A DNA stretch of 64,000 bases from Nannocystis bainbridge (GTDB lineage: Bacteria; Myxococcota_A; Polyangia; Nannocystales; Nannocystaceae). Each line of letters begins with the position of its first letter. Positions within the stretch are counted from its first letter, which is position 1. This document shows, in pieces, positions 9,082 to 20,620 of this stretch. Location: NCBI RefSeq assembly GCF_028368995.1, contig NZ_JAQNDL010000003.1, forward strand, positions 416,001 to 480,000. The letters are read 5' to 3'. The notes below the pieces were generated by a model that did not search any database, was not told where the DNA came from, and worked only from the letters and a program-made list of their open reading frames with translations. The position numbers and the translations under genes are program-made.

Positions 9082-10536
9082 GTGACCCCCACGCGCCGCA
9101 TCCTCGCCGCCAGCCTCGCCTCGCTGGCCCTGCACCTCTCGCCGCTCGTGCCCGGCGGGTGCGGCCTCGACATCAAGCTGGAGATGCCCGAGATCGAGTT
9201 CGAGGTCACGCAGTTCGAGACCGTCGAGCTCGACCAGGAGCTCAAGGGCGCCCCCCCGCCCGAGCCGCAGTCCGAGCCCGAGGTCACCCCGCCGCCGATG
9301 GGCCCTGACAAGCCGCCCGAGGGCGAGGGGCCCAAGCCCGAAGCCGAGCCGCCCAAGCCCAAGCCCAAGTTTGGCGAGAAGACCTCGCGCGTGGCCGAGC
9401 TCGGGCCTGGCAGCAGCAACTTCTTCATGTTGCTGGCGGCCAAGAAGGTCTCGGGCTTGCCGTTCGCCGAAGCGATCGTCGAGATCATGTCGCCGCTGCC
9501 CGACTTCGACTTCATCGTCACCGGCGGCGGCTTCCATGCCCTCAAGGACTTCAACTACATCGTCATCGCCAGCCCCAACCTGCGCGACCTGACCCAGACC
9601 TTCCTCGCCGTCGAGTATCGGCTGTCGCAGGCCGAGGTGCAGGCCGGCCTCGAGCGCGCCGCCGCGGCCGAGGGCCTCAAGATCGACTGGGAGGTCCGCG
9701 ACGGGCGGACCATGGGCAACCCGCGGCCGGTCGCCAACCCCGACCAGGACGACGACCCGCGGTGGTTCGTCTTCCTCGACGAAGACGTCGCCGTCTACGT
9801 GCGCGAGGAGTTCTTGCCCGCGATCACCGAGGGCCCCGACGAGTCCAAGGGCAACACCGCCGGCAACTTCGTCGCCAACCTCACCAAGCTCAAGAGCTTC
9901 GCCGCCCGCGAGCCGCGGGCCGGCCTCCAGCTCGTCCTCAAGGACCTCCGCGCCAGCATCAAGCTCAAGGGCGAGCCCCCGTTCCCGATCCCCAACAACC
10001 TCGAGCTCATGGCCGAGGCCGCCGCCACGCCCGAGCTCATCATCAAGGCCGAGTACCTCGACGCCGTCGAGGCCGCCCAGATGGAGCGGCAGTGGACCGA
10101 GGACCTCCCGGCCTTCATGGACGCCAAGGTCCCGTTCTACGCCCGCTTCATGGTCCGCAGCTTCTACGACGCCACCGAGGTCGCCCGCGACGACAAGGCC
10201 CTCAACCTGCGCGCCGACTTCACCAAGGACCAGGCCAAGTTCATCCTCGAGCAGATCGCCGAGGGCGCGCGCCGCATGCTCCGCCGCACCCCCGAGCAGA
10301 TCGAAGCCGCCCGCAAGCAGCGCGAGGAGATGTGGGCCGCGCGTAAGAACGGCAAGCTGAGCCCGAGCGAGGCGCTCACGCCGAAGGACCCCGGCAAGTC
10401 CGGCAAGCCCCCCGGCGAGCCCTTGCCGGCGCCCGGCGCCCCGCCCCCGCAGGACGGCGGCCCGGCCCCGAGCGCCCCGCCCGACGCGCCCGCGCCCGCG
10501 CCGACGCCCGCTCCCGCTCCCGCTCCGTCGCCCTGA
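9082..10536 (+). CDS. Hypothetical exported protein with Pro-rich linkers
   Basis: Long ORF with strong GC3 bias, N-terminal hydrophobic segment. Confidence 0.7.
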   Translation: MTPTRRILAASLASLALHLSPLVPGGCGLDIKLEMPEIEFEVTQFETVELDQELKGAPPPEPQSEPEVTPPPMGPDKPPEGEGPKPEAEPPKPKPKFGEKTSRVAELGPGSSNFFMLLAAKKVSGLPFAEAIVEIMSPLPDFDFIVTGGGFHALKDFNYIVIASPNLRDLTQTFLAVEYRLSQAEVQAGLERAAAAEGLKIDWEVRDGRTMGNPRPVANPDQDDDPRWFVFLDEDVAVYVREEFLPAITEGPDESKGNTAGNFVANLTKLKSFAAREPRAGLQLVLKDLRASIKLKGEPPFPIPNNLELMAEAAATPELIIKAEYLDAVEAAQMERQWTEDLPAFMDAKVPFYARFMVRSFYDATEVARDDKALNLRADFTKDQAKFILEQIAEGARRMLRRTPEQIEAARKQREEMWAARKNGKLSPSEALTPKDPGKSGKPPGEPLPAPGAPPPQDGGPAPSAPPDAPAPAPTPAPAPAPSP

Positions 10537-10857
10537 GCAGCCGCGAGCTTCCAGCGCGAGTGACTCGCGCAGCAGACTCGCGGGGATGCTCGCGCTCGGC
10601 AACATCGACCGCGAACCGAAGCGCGACCTGCTGCACCGTCCGCGCGCCGCGGAGCTCGCCCCGTGCATCCGCGAGCCCGAGGCGCGAACCGAACCCCGCC
10701 GCAAACTTCGAACTCACCACGCTCGAGCTCGCCGCCGCATCCGCCGCGCTCGCCGACCGAGCTCGACGCCATGCCGCGGAGCGCCCGCGAGCGCTCCGCC
10801 CGCCCACCCATCTCCTCCTCGCAACTGTGGCCAGCGGCCCGCAGCGGCGCGTTCGAG

Positions 10858-10879
10858 CACATGTCCCTCAAGACATGTC
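10858..10879. repeat. 14-bp-phased pair
   Basis: cacatgtc-cctcaa-gacatgtc. Confidence 0.8.
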
Positions 10880-10944
10880 CCTTCGACCCTCTCACAGCCC
10901 GCCGCTTCGTGGATCGGCGCCGGCCTGCGCGCTATCGTGGCGGC

Positions 10945-11961
10945 ATGGCCTACCGACTCACCCGCAGCGAGTCCATCCATCAGGCCGCGCTGCGGATCGT
11001 CGACGAAGAGCTGGGCCAGGCGATCGCTCGCCTGCGTGAGGCCCACCCCGACGCTCCCGACACGCACACCCGCGTGCACGCGGCCCGCAAGGCGATCAAG
11101 CGCACCCGGGCCCTGGCTCGCCTGCTGCGCGACGGCCTCGGCGCCGGCTTTCACCGCGACAACCTCGACCTCCGCGACGCCGCCCGACGCCTCGCCGAGC
11201 GCCGTGACGCGGCCGTCGCCGCCGACGTGTTCACCGGCCTCTTCCCCGAGTCCGAGGGCGCGCTGGCCGTCGTCCGCGAGCGCCTCGCCGCCGTGCGCGA
11301 CCAGGCCGTCGCCGGCGAGGACGCGCTCGACTCGGCCGCCGACGACCTCGCCCGCGTCCGCCAGCGCAGCGCCGACTGGCCCGCCCTGGCGCGGGGCTTC
11401 GACGCGCTCGAACCTGGCCTGAAGGCCAGCTACCGCCAGGGCCGCCAGGCCATGCGCGACGCCTTCGCCGACCCGAGCCCGGAGGCGTTCCACGCCTGGC
11501 GCAAGCGCGTCAAGGACCTCTGGTACCACACCCTGCTGCTGCAGAACGTCTGGAAAGGCGTGCAAGCGGCCTGGGCCGAGGCGATCGAGCAGCTCTCCGA
11601 CGCGCTCGGCGAAGACCACGACCTCGAGGTCTTGCGCATGGCCCTCGGCCAGCACCGCGATCTCAACGCCGAGGCCCGCCGCGCCGTCCTTGCCCGCGCC
11701 GACGCCCGCAGCGCCGAGCTGCGCGCCCGCGCCTGGTCGCTCGGCCGCCGCCTCTACGCCGAACGCCCGCGCCGCTACATCGCGCGGATCAGCCACTACT
11801 GGCAGGTCTGGCGCAGCGGCCAACCCCGCCCGGCCGAACCCCGCCCCAGCCGCGGCGCCGAGGCCCCCAAGACCTCGCTGGCGCCCGATCCGGAGTTCAT
11901 ATGTCCCGGAGACCAGGTCGCCGAGGACATGGCCCAAAAGTCATGTGACGGCGATGACTGA
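10945..11961 (+). CDS. CHAD domain protein
   Basis: VHAARKAIKRTRALARL, FHAWRKRVKDLWYH, LGEDHDL motifs. Confidence 0.9.
   Translation: MAYRLTRSESIHQAALRIVDEELGQAIARLREAHPDAPDTHTRVHAARKAIKRTRALARLLRDGLGAGFHRDNLDLRDAARRLAERRDAAVAADVFTGLFPESEGALAVVRERLAAVRDQAVAGEDALDSAADDLARVRQRSADWPALARGFDALEPGLKASYRQGRQAMRDAFADPSPEAFHAWRKRVKDLWYHTLLLQNVWKGVQAAWAEAIEQLSDALGEDHDLEVLRMALGQHRDLNAEARRAVLARADARSAELRARAWSLGRRLYAERPRRYIARISHYWQVWRSGQPRPAEPRPSRGAEAPKTSLAPDPEFICPGDQVAEDMAQKSCDGDD
11898..11947. repeat. Degenerate 14-bp-phased array inside the 3' end of the CHAD gene
   Basis: catatgtc 11898, accaggtc 11912, gacatggc 11926, gtcatgtg 11940. Confidence 0.65.
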
Positions 11962-12004
11962 AGCCCGACGCGCGGCCCGATCGACCCAGGCCGCGTGGCC
12001 GCGA

Positions 12005-13108
12005 TCAGTCCTCGCCGACGTAGCCGTCCTCGAAGCAGTAGAGGCGCCGCGCGAAGTTACACTTGGAGGACAACGCGACCGTCCACTGCCGCTCGGCACG
12101 CCACGCCTCCCACGCTGGCCCCATCTCGACAGCCAATCCATTGAGCCCACGCATGGCTTGAAAGCGGCCCGCAGCCGATGTCCAGCTGTCGCAGTGGTCG
12201 AGCGGGTGCAGCACGTTCCCGAGGCCGGTGGTGTTGGTCCACACGAACTCCTCGGTCACCATCGCCCCGGTCTCGTCGATCGAGAGCCCGGTTCGTGGCC
12301 CGCTCGCCACCAGCTCGGCGAAGTCCGCCGCGATCACGCGCCCGTTGCGGAGGAAGTAGGGCACCTGCTGCAGATCGATCTGCTCGAACCGCGACGACGG
12401 CGACTGCGAACCGTCCGACAGCCACGCGCGGAACGTGTCGGCGTTGGCCAGCCCGACCGCCTTGGCCCGATCCCGACAGCGGATGTCGGCCCCGTCGAGC
12501 CCCCCGAGCGCGCCCGTGTAGACCTGGCTGGTCACGAACGCCAGACGCCCCTGCCACGTACAGCCCGCCCGGCACGGCGGCTCCTCGCCCGAGGCGACGC
12601 CGGTCCCGTTGAGGTCGCCCAGATCGCACACCTCGAAGCCCTCGTCGACGACCCCGTCCCCGCAGTGGGCCGCCAGCTGGCAGCCGTCGCAGCCGCCGTA
12701 CTCGCTCGAGTTGCCGTCGCCGAGGTCGCACGCCTCCACGCCTGCCCGCACGAAGCCGTCGCCGCAGACCGCCGCGGCGCACTGGTGCGTGCACGCGCCA
12801 TGGTCGGCGTTGGCGGGCCCGTCGTCGCACGCCTCGCCGGCATCGATCGCCCCGTCGCCGCAGTAGGACATGGCCTCGCCGGTGGAGGTGCTGGTGGTCC
12901 CGCCCGGATCGTCCGCCGTGGTGGTCGGCGCCTCGCCGGTGCTCTCCGTGCCGTCCGGCATCTCGCTGGTGGTCGCCGGGGCCGCGCTCGTCGTGCCCGG
13001 CTCGCTCGCCGTCGTCGCCGGCGCGCCCGGGTCCTCGCCCGTACAGCCATATGTCCCCCAGGACATGCCCGCAAAGACAGCCGCGATACGGATCCGCGTC
13101 AATGCCAT
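12005..13108 (-). CDS. Myxococcus Cys-rich repeat (DUF4215-like) plus DUF1554-like lipoprotein
   Basis: Three CGDG...E.CD repeats; FVTS...[13 protein letters not shown]...FRAWLSD...VWT domain. Confidence 0.8.
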   Translation of the reverse strand: MALTRIRIAAVFAGMSWGTYGCTGEDPGAPATTASEPGTTSAAPATTSEMPDGTESTGEAPTTTADDPGGTTSTSTGEAMSYCGDGAIDAGEACDDGPANADHGACTHQCAAAVCGDGFVRAGVEACDLGDGNSSEYGGCDGCQLAAHCGDGVVDEGFEVCDLGDLNGTGVASGEEPPCRAGCTWQGRLAFVTSQVYTGALGGLDGADIRCRDRAKAVGLANADTFRAWLSDGSQSPSSRFEQIDLQQVPYFLRNGRVIAADFAELVASGPRTGLSIDETGAMVTEEFVWTNTTGLGNVLHPLDHCDSWTSAAGRFQAMRGLNGLAVEMGPAWEAWRAERQWTVALSSKCNFARRLYCFEDGYVGED

Positions 13109-13956
13109 CACGCGCCTTCGAAGCAGTAGAGGTGAGCCGACTCGAGGCATGTCGTGGGGTTCGCCACTGTGTCGAACGTCCAGGTCGAGTCGGTCGCCCC
13201 GGGCGTGCCGAAGTAGCCCGACTGATCGGCGAGCGTCGCCGACGTCCAGTCCTCGCAGTGCGTCGCACCCGGCACCGCCGAGCCGTCGGGCATCGTCCCG
13301 GTCCACGCGCCCGCGCCGGACACCAGCGCCCCGTGTTCGTCGCGGTCGATCGGCGCCAGCAGCGGCCCTGCGACCAGCGCGGCGAAGCTGACCGCCACCA
13401 GCGCCCCGTCGGGCCGCACGTAGCGGCCCTCGCCCGCGAACACCCGCTCACGCGCCGCTGCCGTCGAATCGCTGAGCCACGCCGTGTACGTCGCAAACGA
13501 CGGCAGACCGCCCGCCTCGGCCAGCTGGCGGCAGATGCCGTCGGCGAACTCGAGCCCGCCGATGTCGTCGGGCCGGAACTTCTCGCTCGTGACGAAGACC
13601 ACCCGCGCCCGCCGGCAGCCCGCGTCGCACCCCGCGTCGTCCGGGTCGTCGCACTCCTCGCCCTCGTCGACGATCCCGTCGCCGCAGACCGCCGCCGTCC
13701 CGCTGCTCGTGCCCGTCGTCGTCTGCCCCGCGGTCGTGCCCGTCGTCGTCTCGCCGTCGGACGTCGCCTCGCCGCTCTCCGTGCCCGTGCCCACCTCGCC
13801 GTCGCCCGTCGAGGTCATCACCCCCGTGTCCGCGTCGCCGCTGCTCGAGCCCGTCGAGGAGCTGGTGTCGGGCCGCTCCCAGTCGAACAGCTTGAGCCCC
13901 GGCGCCACGCACCCGGGCGCGAGCACGGCGAGGAGCACGAGCACGACGGACCGCAT
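13108..13956 (-). CDS. Paralogous Cys-rich repeat plus DUF1554-like lipoprotein
   Basis: LAPGC lipobox, Thr-rich linker, [19 protein letters not shown]...ADGIC...AWLSDS...LYCFE. Confidence 0.8.
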   Translation of the reverse strand: MRSVVLVLLAVLAPGCVAPGLKLFDWERPDTSSSTGSSSGDADTGVMTSTGDGEVGTGTESGEATSDGETTTGTTAGQTTTGTSSGTAAVCGDGIVDEGEECDDPDDAGCDAGCRRARVVFVTSEKFRPDDIGGLEFADGICRQLAEAGGLPSFATYTAWLSDSTAAARERVFAGEGRYVRPDGALVAVSFAALVAGPLLAPIDRDEHGALVSGAGAWTGTMPDGSAVPGATHCEDWTSATLADQSGYFGTPGATDSTWTFDTVANPTTCLESAHLYCFEGA

Positions 13957-14068
13957 CGCCTTTCACCGTAGCAGCGCGCGAACACGCGCACAAGCCCTGC
14001 CCGTCCCCGCCAAACGCCGCTTACCGACAAGCGTGAAACCCGCACTCGCGCCGGCGCGCGTGGCCTCT

Positions 14069-14200
14069 GCGCGACATGTCTCTCGAGACATGTCGCGCCC
14101 GGGCTACGGCGTACTTCCGCCCCTCGCCGCGCGCCCTCGACCCGAGCTTTCTCCGTGTCCTCGACGAAATAACTTTAAGACATGTCCTTCACGACATGTC
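14069..14200. repeat. Two 14-bp-phased GACATGTC pairs; the first is a perfect inverted repeat
   Basis: Cores 14073/14087 (gcgcgacatgtctc-tc-gagacatgtcgcgc) and 14179/14193. Confidence 0.85.
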
Positions 14201-14210
14201 CCATGATTCA

Positions 14211-14630
14211 TCATCCGCCGCCGCGCACCAGCCGTCGCAGCCACCGCCACGCGCGGACCCACCAGCTCGCCATCGGCTCCTCCAGCGTGTCCGCCGGCGA
14301 GGGCTGGCCGCTCCGAGCCAGCATCTCGGGCGTGATGTAGAGCCCGCGCATCGTCACCCGGCCCGGCTCGTGCTCGCCGATCGAAGGCCGCGCCAGCGGG
14401 GCGAACAGCCCCAGCGCCCGGCTGCGATACCCGAACCCGTCCGGCTCCGCGGAGCGCCAGAACTCGGGCTCCGACAGCCGCGCCGCCAGCTCCGGCTCGT
14501 CGGTGAGCGGCGTGACGCGGTAGCTGATCCAGAACATGTCCTCGAACCGCGGCTCGCTCAAGTACGCGACCACGCGGTCGTCGAGCACGACGTCCCACCC
14601 CTCCGACCGCCCGTAGTCGGTCGCCTTCAG
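14211..14630 (-). CDS. Small hypothetical protein (start uncertain)
   Basis: Protein-like segment YGRSEGWDVVLDD...EDMFWISYRV with GC3 bias. Confidence 0.5.
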   Translation of the reverse strand: MKATDYGRSEGWDVVLDDRVVAYLSEPRFEDMFWISYRVTPLTDEPELAARLSEPEFWRSAEPDGFGYRSRALGLFAPLARPSIGEHEPGRVTMRGLYITPEMLARSGQPSPADTLEEPMASWWVRAWRWLRRLVRGGG

Positions 14631-14757
14631 CCGGCGCCCCGGCGCCTGTCGTTCGCCGCGACGAGCCACGCGTCGAGCATACCGCGCCAAGCCTCGCCTC
14701 TGCCGCGCGAGCTCGCGCCGCGAGCCATCGCCACGGCGCGAACCGCTGCGCCGCCGC

Positions 14758-15729
14758 TCAGCCCTGCGCCGCGCGGCGCAGCCGATCCGCGATCGCCCGC
14801 CCGAGCCCGACCTCGGGCACCGTCTCGACCACGATCGTCTCGACCTCTGGCGCGTCGAGCTCGCGCAGCGCGGCGAACAGCGCGTGCGCATAGCCCTCGA
14901 GCTCCGCCGGCATCACCTGCCAGCGACCGACGAACCCGGGCGGCCGCGGCCGCTGGCTCATCACCGCCACCGCGGGGCCGCCCAGCGCCGCCGCCTCGCC
15001 GGGCGCCACCAGCACCACCCGGGCCCGCGGCGCATAGTGACGGTGGCGCAGACCTGGCGATCGGGACATGGCCTCCGGGTCCTGTCCCGAGAGCACATCG
15101 ACCTCGCCGACGGCCGCCCGCAGCGCCTCGAGCGGCAGCCCGCCCATGCGCAGCACCATCGGCACCGGCCGCGTCGCGTCGACCACCGTCGACTCGAGCC
15201 CGACCGCGCACGGCCCCCCGTCGAGGATCACCTCGACCACCCCGTCGAGGTCGGCGAGCACGTGCCCGGCGGTCGTCGGGCTCGGCCGGCCCGAGCGGTT
15301 GGCCGACGGCGCCGCCAGCGGCCGCCCGCACGCGCGCAGCAGGGCCAGCGCGGCCGGGTGGCCGGGGATCCGCACGGCCACGGTGTCTTGCCCGGCGGTG
15401 GTCGCGTCGGGCACGACGGCGGCGCGCGGCAGCACCAGCGTCAGCGGACCTGGCCATAAAGACATCAGCCGCTCGGCCGCCGGCGGCACCGATCGCGCCA
15501 GCGCTCGCGCCTGCTCCGGGGCCGCCACGTGCACGATCAGCGGGTTGTCGGCCGGCCGCCCCTTGGCCGCGAAGATCCGCCCCACCGCCGCCGCGTCGAG
15601 CGCGTCAGCGCCGAGGCCGTAGACCGTCTCGGTCGGGAACGCCACCAGCCCGCCGCGGCGCAGCACCTCGGCCGCGCGGGCGATCGCCGCCGGGTCGTCG
15701 GCCGGCAACAGGGCTGTCTTCACGGACAT
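14758..15729 (-). CDS. sua5: L-threonylcarbamoyladenylate synthase (Sua5 type)
   Basis: VAFPTETVYGLGADA, KGRPADNPLIVH, AAPSANRSG, SPG...HYAP (SUA5 domain). Confidence 0.95.
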   Translation of the reverse strand: MSVKTALLPADDPAAIARAAEVLRRGGLVAFPTETVYGLGADALDAAAVGRIFAAKGRPADNPLIVHVAAPEQARALARSVPPAAERLMSLWPGPLTLVLPRAAVVPDATTAGQDTVAVRIPGHPAALALLRACGRPLAAPSANRSGRPSPTTAGHVLADLDGVVEVILDGGPCAVGLESTVVDATRPVPMVLRMGGLPLEALRAAVGEVDVLSGQDPEAMSRSPGLRHRHYAPRARVVLVAPGEAAALGGPAVAVMSQRPRPPGFVGRWQVMPAELEGYAHALFAALRELDAPEVETIVVETVPEVGLGRAIADRLRRAAQG

Positions 15730-15768
15730 GTCTCTTCCGCCATCCCCGGCTGTCCGCCGGGACATGTC
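15725..15768. repeat. GACATGTC modules between the kinase stop and the sua5 start
   Basis: gacatgtc 15725 (contains sua5 start codon) and tgtc-cgccgg-gaca-tgtc 15751-15768. Confidence 0.7.
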
Positions 15769-15770
15769 CT

Positions 15771-16751
<981 letters not shown>

Positions 16752-16982
16752 GTGGGGGAGCGCGGCGGGGTTGGGCTAGGTTATGCAACCTACACCACCT
16801 GGTCCCGTCTCGTCAGCCGTCCTCGCGGGGGCCGGGGCGGCGGGTCCGATGCAGGTCGCGGCGCGCACCTTAGCCGCTAGTGCGGGTGGAGCACAAAAGA
16901 CAGGCGGGCGGCGCGGTGGGGCGAAATCGCCACCCCCGCGCCGCCCGCCTGCTCGGCGCCCGGGGCGCCGAACGAACGATGT

Positions 16983-17510
16983 TCAGACGCCGAGCTCGAG
17001 GCTGACGGCGACGCCGTGGACCACCGCCGCGGTGCGCACCGCGTCGTGGATCTGCTCCGCCGTGCCGCCGGCCTCGCGGATCGTCTTCTCGTGGGAGACG
17101 ACGCACCGCTCGCAGCCGAAGACGGCGCTGACGGCCAGGCAGAACAGCTCAAAGTCGAGCTTCGAGCTGTGCGGCTTGGCGATCCGGGTCATGCGCAGGC
17201 GGGCCGGTAGCTTGTCGTAGTCCTCGCTGCCGACCATGTGCTTGAACCGGTAGTACACGTTGTTCATCGCCATCAGCGCCGCCGCGGCGCGGGCGTCCTC
17301 GACGGTCGCCGCGTCGACTTGCTCGCGCGCGGCGTCGATGAGCACCTGGGTCAGGGTCGCGTTGCGGGAAGCGATGGCGCAGGCCACCGCGATCCCCCAG
17401 CGCTGCGCCGCGGTCAGCGACGACTCCTGCAGGACGTTCTGCAGGTTCACCTTGAGGTCCCTGGCGGCCTCGGGGAGCGACTCTCGCAGTGATTCGATGG
17501 TGTTGGCCAT
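16983..17510 (-). CDS. ahpD: Alkyl hydroperoxide reductase AhpD
   Basis: [32 protein letters not shown] (CxxC); downstream of ahpC. Confidence 0.9.
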   Translation of the reverse strand: MANTIESLRESLPEAARDLKVNLQNVLQESSLTAAQRWGIAVACAIASRNATLTQVLIDAAREQVDAATVEDARAAAALMAMNNVYYRFKHMVGSEDYDKLPARLRMTRIAKPHSSKLDFELFCLAVSAVFGCERCVVSHEKTIREAGGTAEQIHDAVRTAAVVHGVAVSLELGV

Positions 17511-17550
17511 GGTGTCCTCCTTCCTTCGCGACCCTATCCGCTGCCCGTGC

Positions 17551-18084
17551 TTACGGGTTGAGGGTCGCCTCGCCCTTCTGCCAGTTGCACGGGCACAGCT
17601 CGTCGGTCTGCAGACCGTCGAGCACGCGCAGCACCTCGCCGACGTTGCGGCCGACCGACAGGTCGTTGACCGAGACCCAGCGGATGGTGCCCTGGGGGTC
17701 GACGATGAAGGTCGCGCGCAGCGGCACGCCGTCCTTGTGCAGGATGCCGAGCGCCTGCGACAGCTCGCGCTTGGTGTCGGCGACCATCGGGATCTTCAGA
17801 TCGCGCAGGTCGTCGTGGTTGTTACGCCACGCCAGGTGGACGAAGTGGGTGTCGGTGCTGACGCCGAGGACCTGCGCGTCGCGGTCGGAGAAGTCGCCGC
17901 TGCGACGGCCGAACTCGGCGATCTCGGTCGGGCAGATGAACGTGAAGTCCATCGGCCAGAAGAAGAACACCCGCCACTTGCCGGTGTAGCTCTTGTCGTT
18001 GATCTCGGTGAACTCTTTGCCCTTGTCGCGGCTGACGACGGCCTGGAGGGCAAACTGGGGGAACTGATCGCCTACGGTCAACAT
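17551..18084 (-). CDS. ahpC: Peroxiredoxin AhpC
   Basis: [35 protein letters not shown]. Confidence 0.95.
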   Translation of the reverse strand: MLTVGDQFPQFALQAVVSRDKGKEFTEINDKSYTGKWRVFFFWPMDFTFICPTEIAEFGRRSGDFSDRDAQVLGVSTDTHFVHLAWRNNHDDLRDLKIPMVADTKRELSQALGILHKDGVPLRATFIVDPQGTIRWVSVNDLSVGRNVGEVLRVLDGLQTDELCPCNWQKGEATLNP

Positions 18085-18237
18085 GGTCTGGTCTCTCTTC
18101 CTTGGGCGAGCGGCAACGCTCGCGGACATGGGTGCAATAGCAGGCGCCGGACCATACGACAGAGTCAACGAAATCAGACACTTGTCCGTTTGCTCGGGGC
18201 CGGCCGACCCCGACCGGTCGTGGTCCACCGTCCCATC

Positions 18238-18265
18238 GGTACCGAAACACTGGCATTTCGGTGCC
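18238..18265. promoter_or_regulatory. Imperfect inverted repeat between ahpC and the sigma54 activator; candidate activator site
   Basis: ggtaccgaaa-cactggca-tttcggtgcc (10-bp arms, 1 mismatch). Confidence 0.4.
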
Positions 18266-18285
18266 CGGCGATCCAGACTGGGGCC

Positions 18286-19782
18286 ATGGACACCGACGAT
18301 CTCCTGCGCCGCGGCCTCGACTGGGTGGCTCGGATCGCGCCCTACGACCTCGCCGCCGTGTTCACCCTCGACGACGGCGGCCTGGTCGTCCGCGCCGCCC
18401 GCGGCAACCTGGCCAGCCAGGTCCGCGGCCACCGCATCGACCTGGCGCGCTTCCCGACCCTGCGCGAGGCGCTCGAGACGCGCCGCGCCCGCGCCTTCAC
18501 CGAGGACGATCACCGCCACGGCGACGGCGATCCCTTCGACGGCGTCCTGGACCTCTCGCCCGGCCACGCCTGCATGGTCGTGCCGCTGCACGCCGCCGGC
18601 CGCTCGCTCGGCGTGCTCACCCTCGACCGCACCCACTGCGAGCGCTATCCGCAGGCCGTGGTCGACCAGGTCGAGACCTACGGGCAGATCCTCGGCCTCG
18701 CGCTCGACAACGCCGAGCGCCGGGTCGTGCTCGAGACCCTGCGCGAGGCCGAGCTCGAGCGGGCCCGCGAGCAGGACGAGGTCGCCGCCGGCTACGGGGT
18801 GCTCGAGCGCAGCGCCAGCCCGGCCGTGCGGGCCGTGGCGGCGCGCGCCCGCCAGGTCGCCGCCACCGACACGCCGGTGCTGATCCTCGGCGAGACCGGC
18901 ACCGGCAAGGAGCGGCTCGCCCGCGCCCTGCACCGCTGGAGCGCCCGCGCCGACCGGCCCTTCGTCGCTATCAACTGCGCGGCGATCCCCGCCTCGTTGC
19001 TCGAGAGCGAGTTGTTCGGCCACACCCGCGGCGCCTTCACCGGGGCCACGCGCGACCGCCTCGGCCGGTTCCAGCTGGCCAGCGGCGGCACGCTGCTGCT
19101 CGACGAGATCGGCGAGCTGCCGATCGAGCTGCAGGCCAAGCTGCTGCGCGTCGTGCAGGAGGGCGTGGTCGAGCCGGTCGGCAGCGACAAGAGCGTCAAG
19201 GTCGACGTCCGCCTGCTCGCCGCCACCCACGTCGACCTCGAGAAGGCGATCGCCGGCGGCCGCCTGCGCGAGGATCTTTACTATCGCCTGGCCGTGTTCC
19301 CGCTGCGCCTGCCGCCGCTGCGCCAGCGCCTCGAGGACCTGCCGCTGCTGTCCGCCGCGATGCTCGCCGAACAGAGCCAGCGGACCGGCCGCCGCGGCAT
19401 GCGGATCAGCGAGGACGGCCTGACCCGCCTGCGCGCCCACGCCTGGCCGGGCAACCTGCGCGAGCTCAGCAACGTGCTCGAGCGCGCCACCATCGTCACC
19501 ACCGGCGACGTGCTCGGCCCGGAGGCGTTCGAGCTCGGCGACATGTCCCATGCGCCAGGTCCCGTCGAGCCCGCGCTCACGGCCCCGCCGTCGGCCACGC
19601 CGATGCAGCACGACGGCCGGATCGCCACGCTCGAGGAGGTGACGGCCCTGCAGATCCAGCGGGTCCTGACCCACACGCGCGGGCGGATCTACGGCCCCGG
19701 CGGCGCCGCCGAGCTGCTCGGGGTCCCGCCCTCGACGCTGCAGAGCCGGATGAAAAAGCTCGGCGTCGCCCGCACCGCGTGA
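18286..19782 (+). CDS. GAF-AAA+-HTH sigma54-dependent activator, NorR-like
   Basis: [37 protein letters not shown]; GAF has DPFDG...HAC...LTLD as in NorR. Confidence 0.9.
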   Translation: MDTDDLLRRGLDWVARIAPYDLAAVFTLDDGGLVVRAARGNLASQVRGHRIDLARFPTLREALETRRARAFTEDDHRHGDGDPFDGVLDLSPGHACMVVPLHAAGRSLGVLTLDRTHCERYPQAVVDQVETYGQILGLALDNAERRVVLETLREAELERAREQDEVAAGYGVLERSASPAVRAVAARARQVAATDTPVLILGETGTGKERLARALHRWSARADRPFVAINCAAIPASLLESELFGHTRGAFTGATRDRLGRFQLASGGTLLLDEIGELPIELQAKLLRVVQEGVVEPVGSDKSVKVDVRLLAATHVDLEKAIAGGRLREDLYYRLAVFPLRLPPLRQRLEDLPLLSAAMLAEQSQRTGRRGMRISEDGLTRLRAHAWPGNLRELSNVLERATIVTTGDVLGPEAFELGDMSHAPGPVEPALTAPPSATPMQHDGRIATLEEVTALQIQRVLTHTRGRIYGPGGAAELLGVPPSTLQSRMKKLGVARTA

Positions 19783-19846
19783 GGCGCGAGCGGCCAGCGG
19801 AGCCTCGCGGCGACGAGGCCCGACGTCTGCCAGATCCGTCCGAATG

Positions 19847-19896
19847 GACATGCCCGTTCGAGCATGCCCTTTCGGGCATGTCCACGACGACATGCC
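19847..19896. repeat. 14-bp-phased array (4 cores) between convergent genes
   Basis: gacatgcc 19847, agcatgcc 19861, ggcatgtc 19875, gacatgcc 19889. Confidence 0.85.
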
Positions 19897-19914
19897 CTAA
19901 AGTTCAGCGACGCC

Positions 19915-20565
19915 TCAGCGGAACAGCAGGCTCCACAGCGCGTCGACCATCGACTCGGCCACGATCTCCTGCTTCACCGGCCGGCCGGTCTCGAGCTGGG
20001 GCGGCGGCGGTGGCACGCTGCGGGCGGCCGCGCGGGCGCGGGCCGCCTCGCCGATCGCCCGCCCGCCGGCCCGCAGGAACGCCTCCACCTCCTCGAGCTC
20101 GCCGGCGTCGAGGAACAGCCCGTGGTGGCGGCACTCGTCGACGATCACCCCGCTGATCGAGCCGAAGTTGCGGCGGTTCATCACCTCGCGGCAGCGCGGG
20201 CACTCGCGGTAGCGGACATCGGACTCGCGGGTCGCCGGCGCGGGCACGCGGGCGCGCAGGTCGGCCTCGTGCATGGCCCCGGTCCCGGGGCTGGGGTCGA
20301 GGCCGGAGGTCAGCACCTCGAGCTCGCCGGCGTCGAGCCAGATCCCGCCACAGCCCGCGCAGGTGTCGAACTCGATCCCGTGGCGGACGGCGGTCGCGTG
20401 CAGCGGCTCGCCGCAGCCCGGGCAATCGCCGCCGCGGGGCGTCCGGGCGCCCGGATCGCGGTACTCCGGCGGGCGAGCGGGCTCGTCGGGCAGCAGGTCG
20501 GCCAGGGCCTGTGAGATCCGGGCAGCGCGGGCGCGGGACTCCTCCGTCGGGCGGGGACGACGCAT
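19915..20565 (-). CDS. Double zf-TFIIB-like zinc ribbon protein
   Basis: CPGC...DTCAGCGGIWLDAGEL and CPRC...DECRHHGLFLDAGEL. Confidence 0.8.
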   Translation of the reverse strand: MRRPRPTEESRARAARISQALADLLPDEPARPPEYRDPGARTPRGGDCPGCGEPLHATAVRHGIEFDTCAGCGGIWLDAGELEVLTSGLDPSPGTGAMHEADLRARVPAPATRESDVRYRECPRCREVMNRRNFGSISGVIVDECRHHGLFLDAGELEEVEAFLRAGGRAIGEAARARAAARSVPPPPPQLETGRPVKQEIVAESMVDALWSLLFR

Positions 20566-20620
20566 GACCGCACGATACCAGCGAACGCCCGGTCCCGTGG
20601 TAAGAAGCCCGCGAGCGCTC

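Noticed and set aside
14073-14094. parS, matS or MrpC/CRP-type site
   Set aside because: parS and CRP/MrpC-type sites are 16-bp dyads and matS has an odd-length centre (GTGACRNYGTCAC); spacing here does not fit
18133-18150. Sigma54 promoter for ahpC (CCGGCGCCTGCTATTGCA on minus strand)
   Set aside because: GG-to-GC spacing is 11 nt rather than the required 10; the + strand TGGCATTTCGGTGC at 18251 has 9 nt
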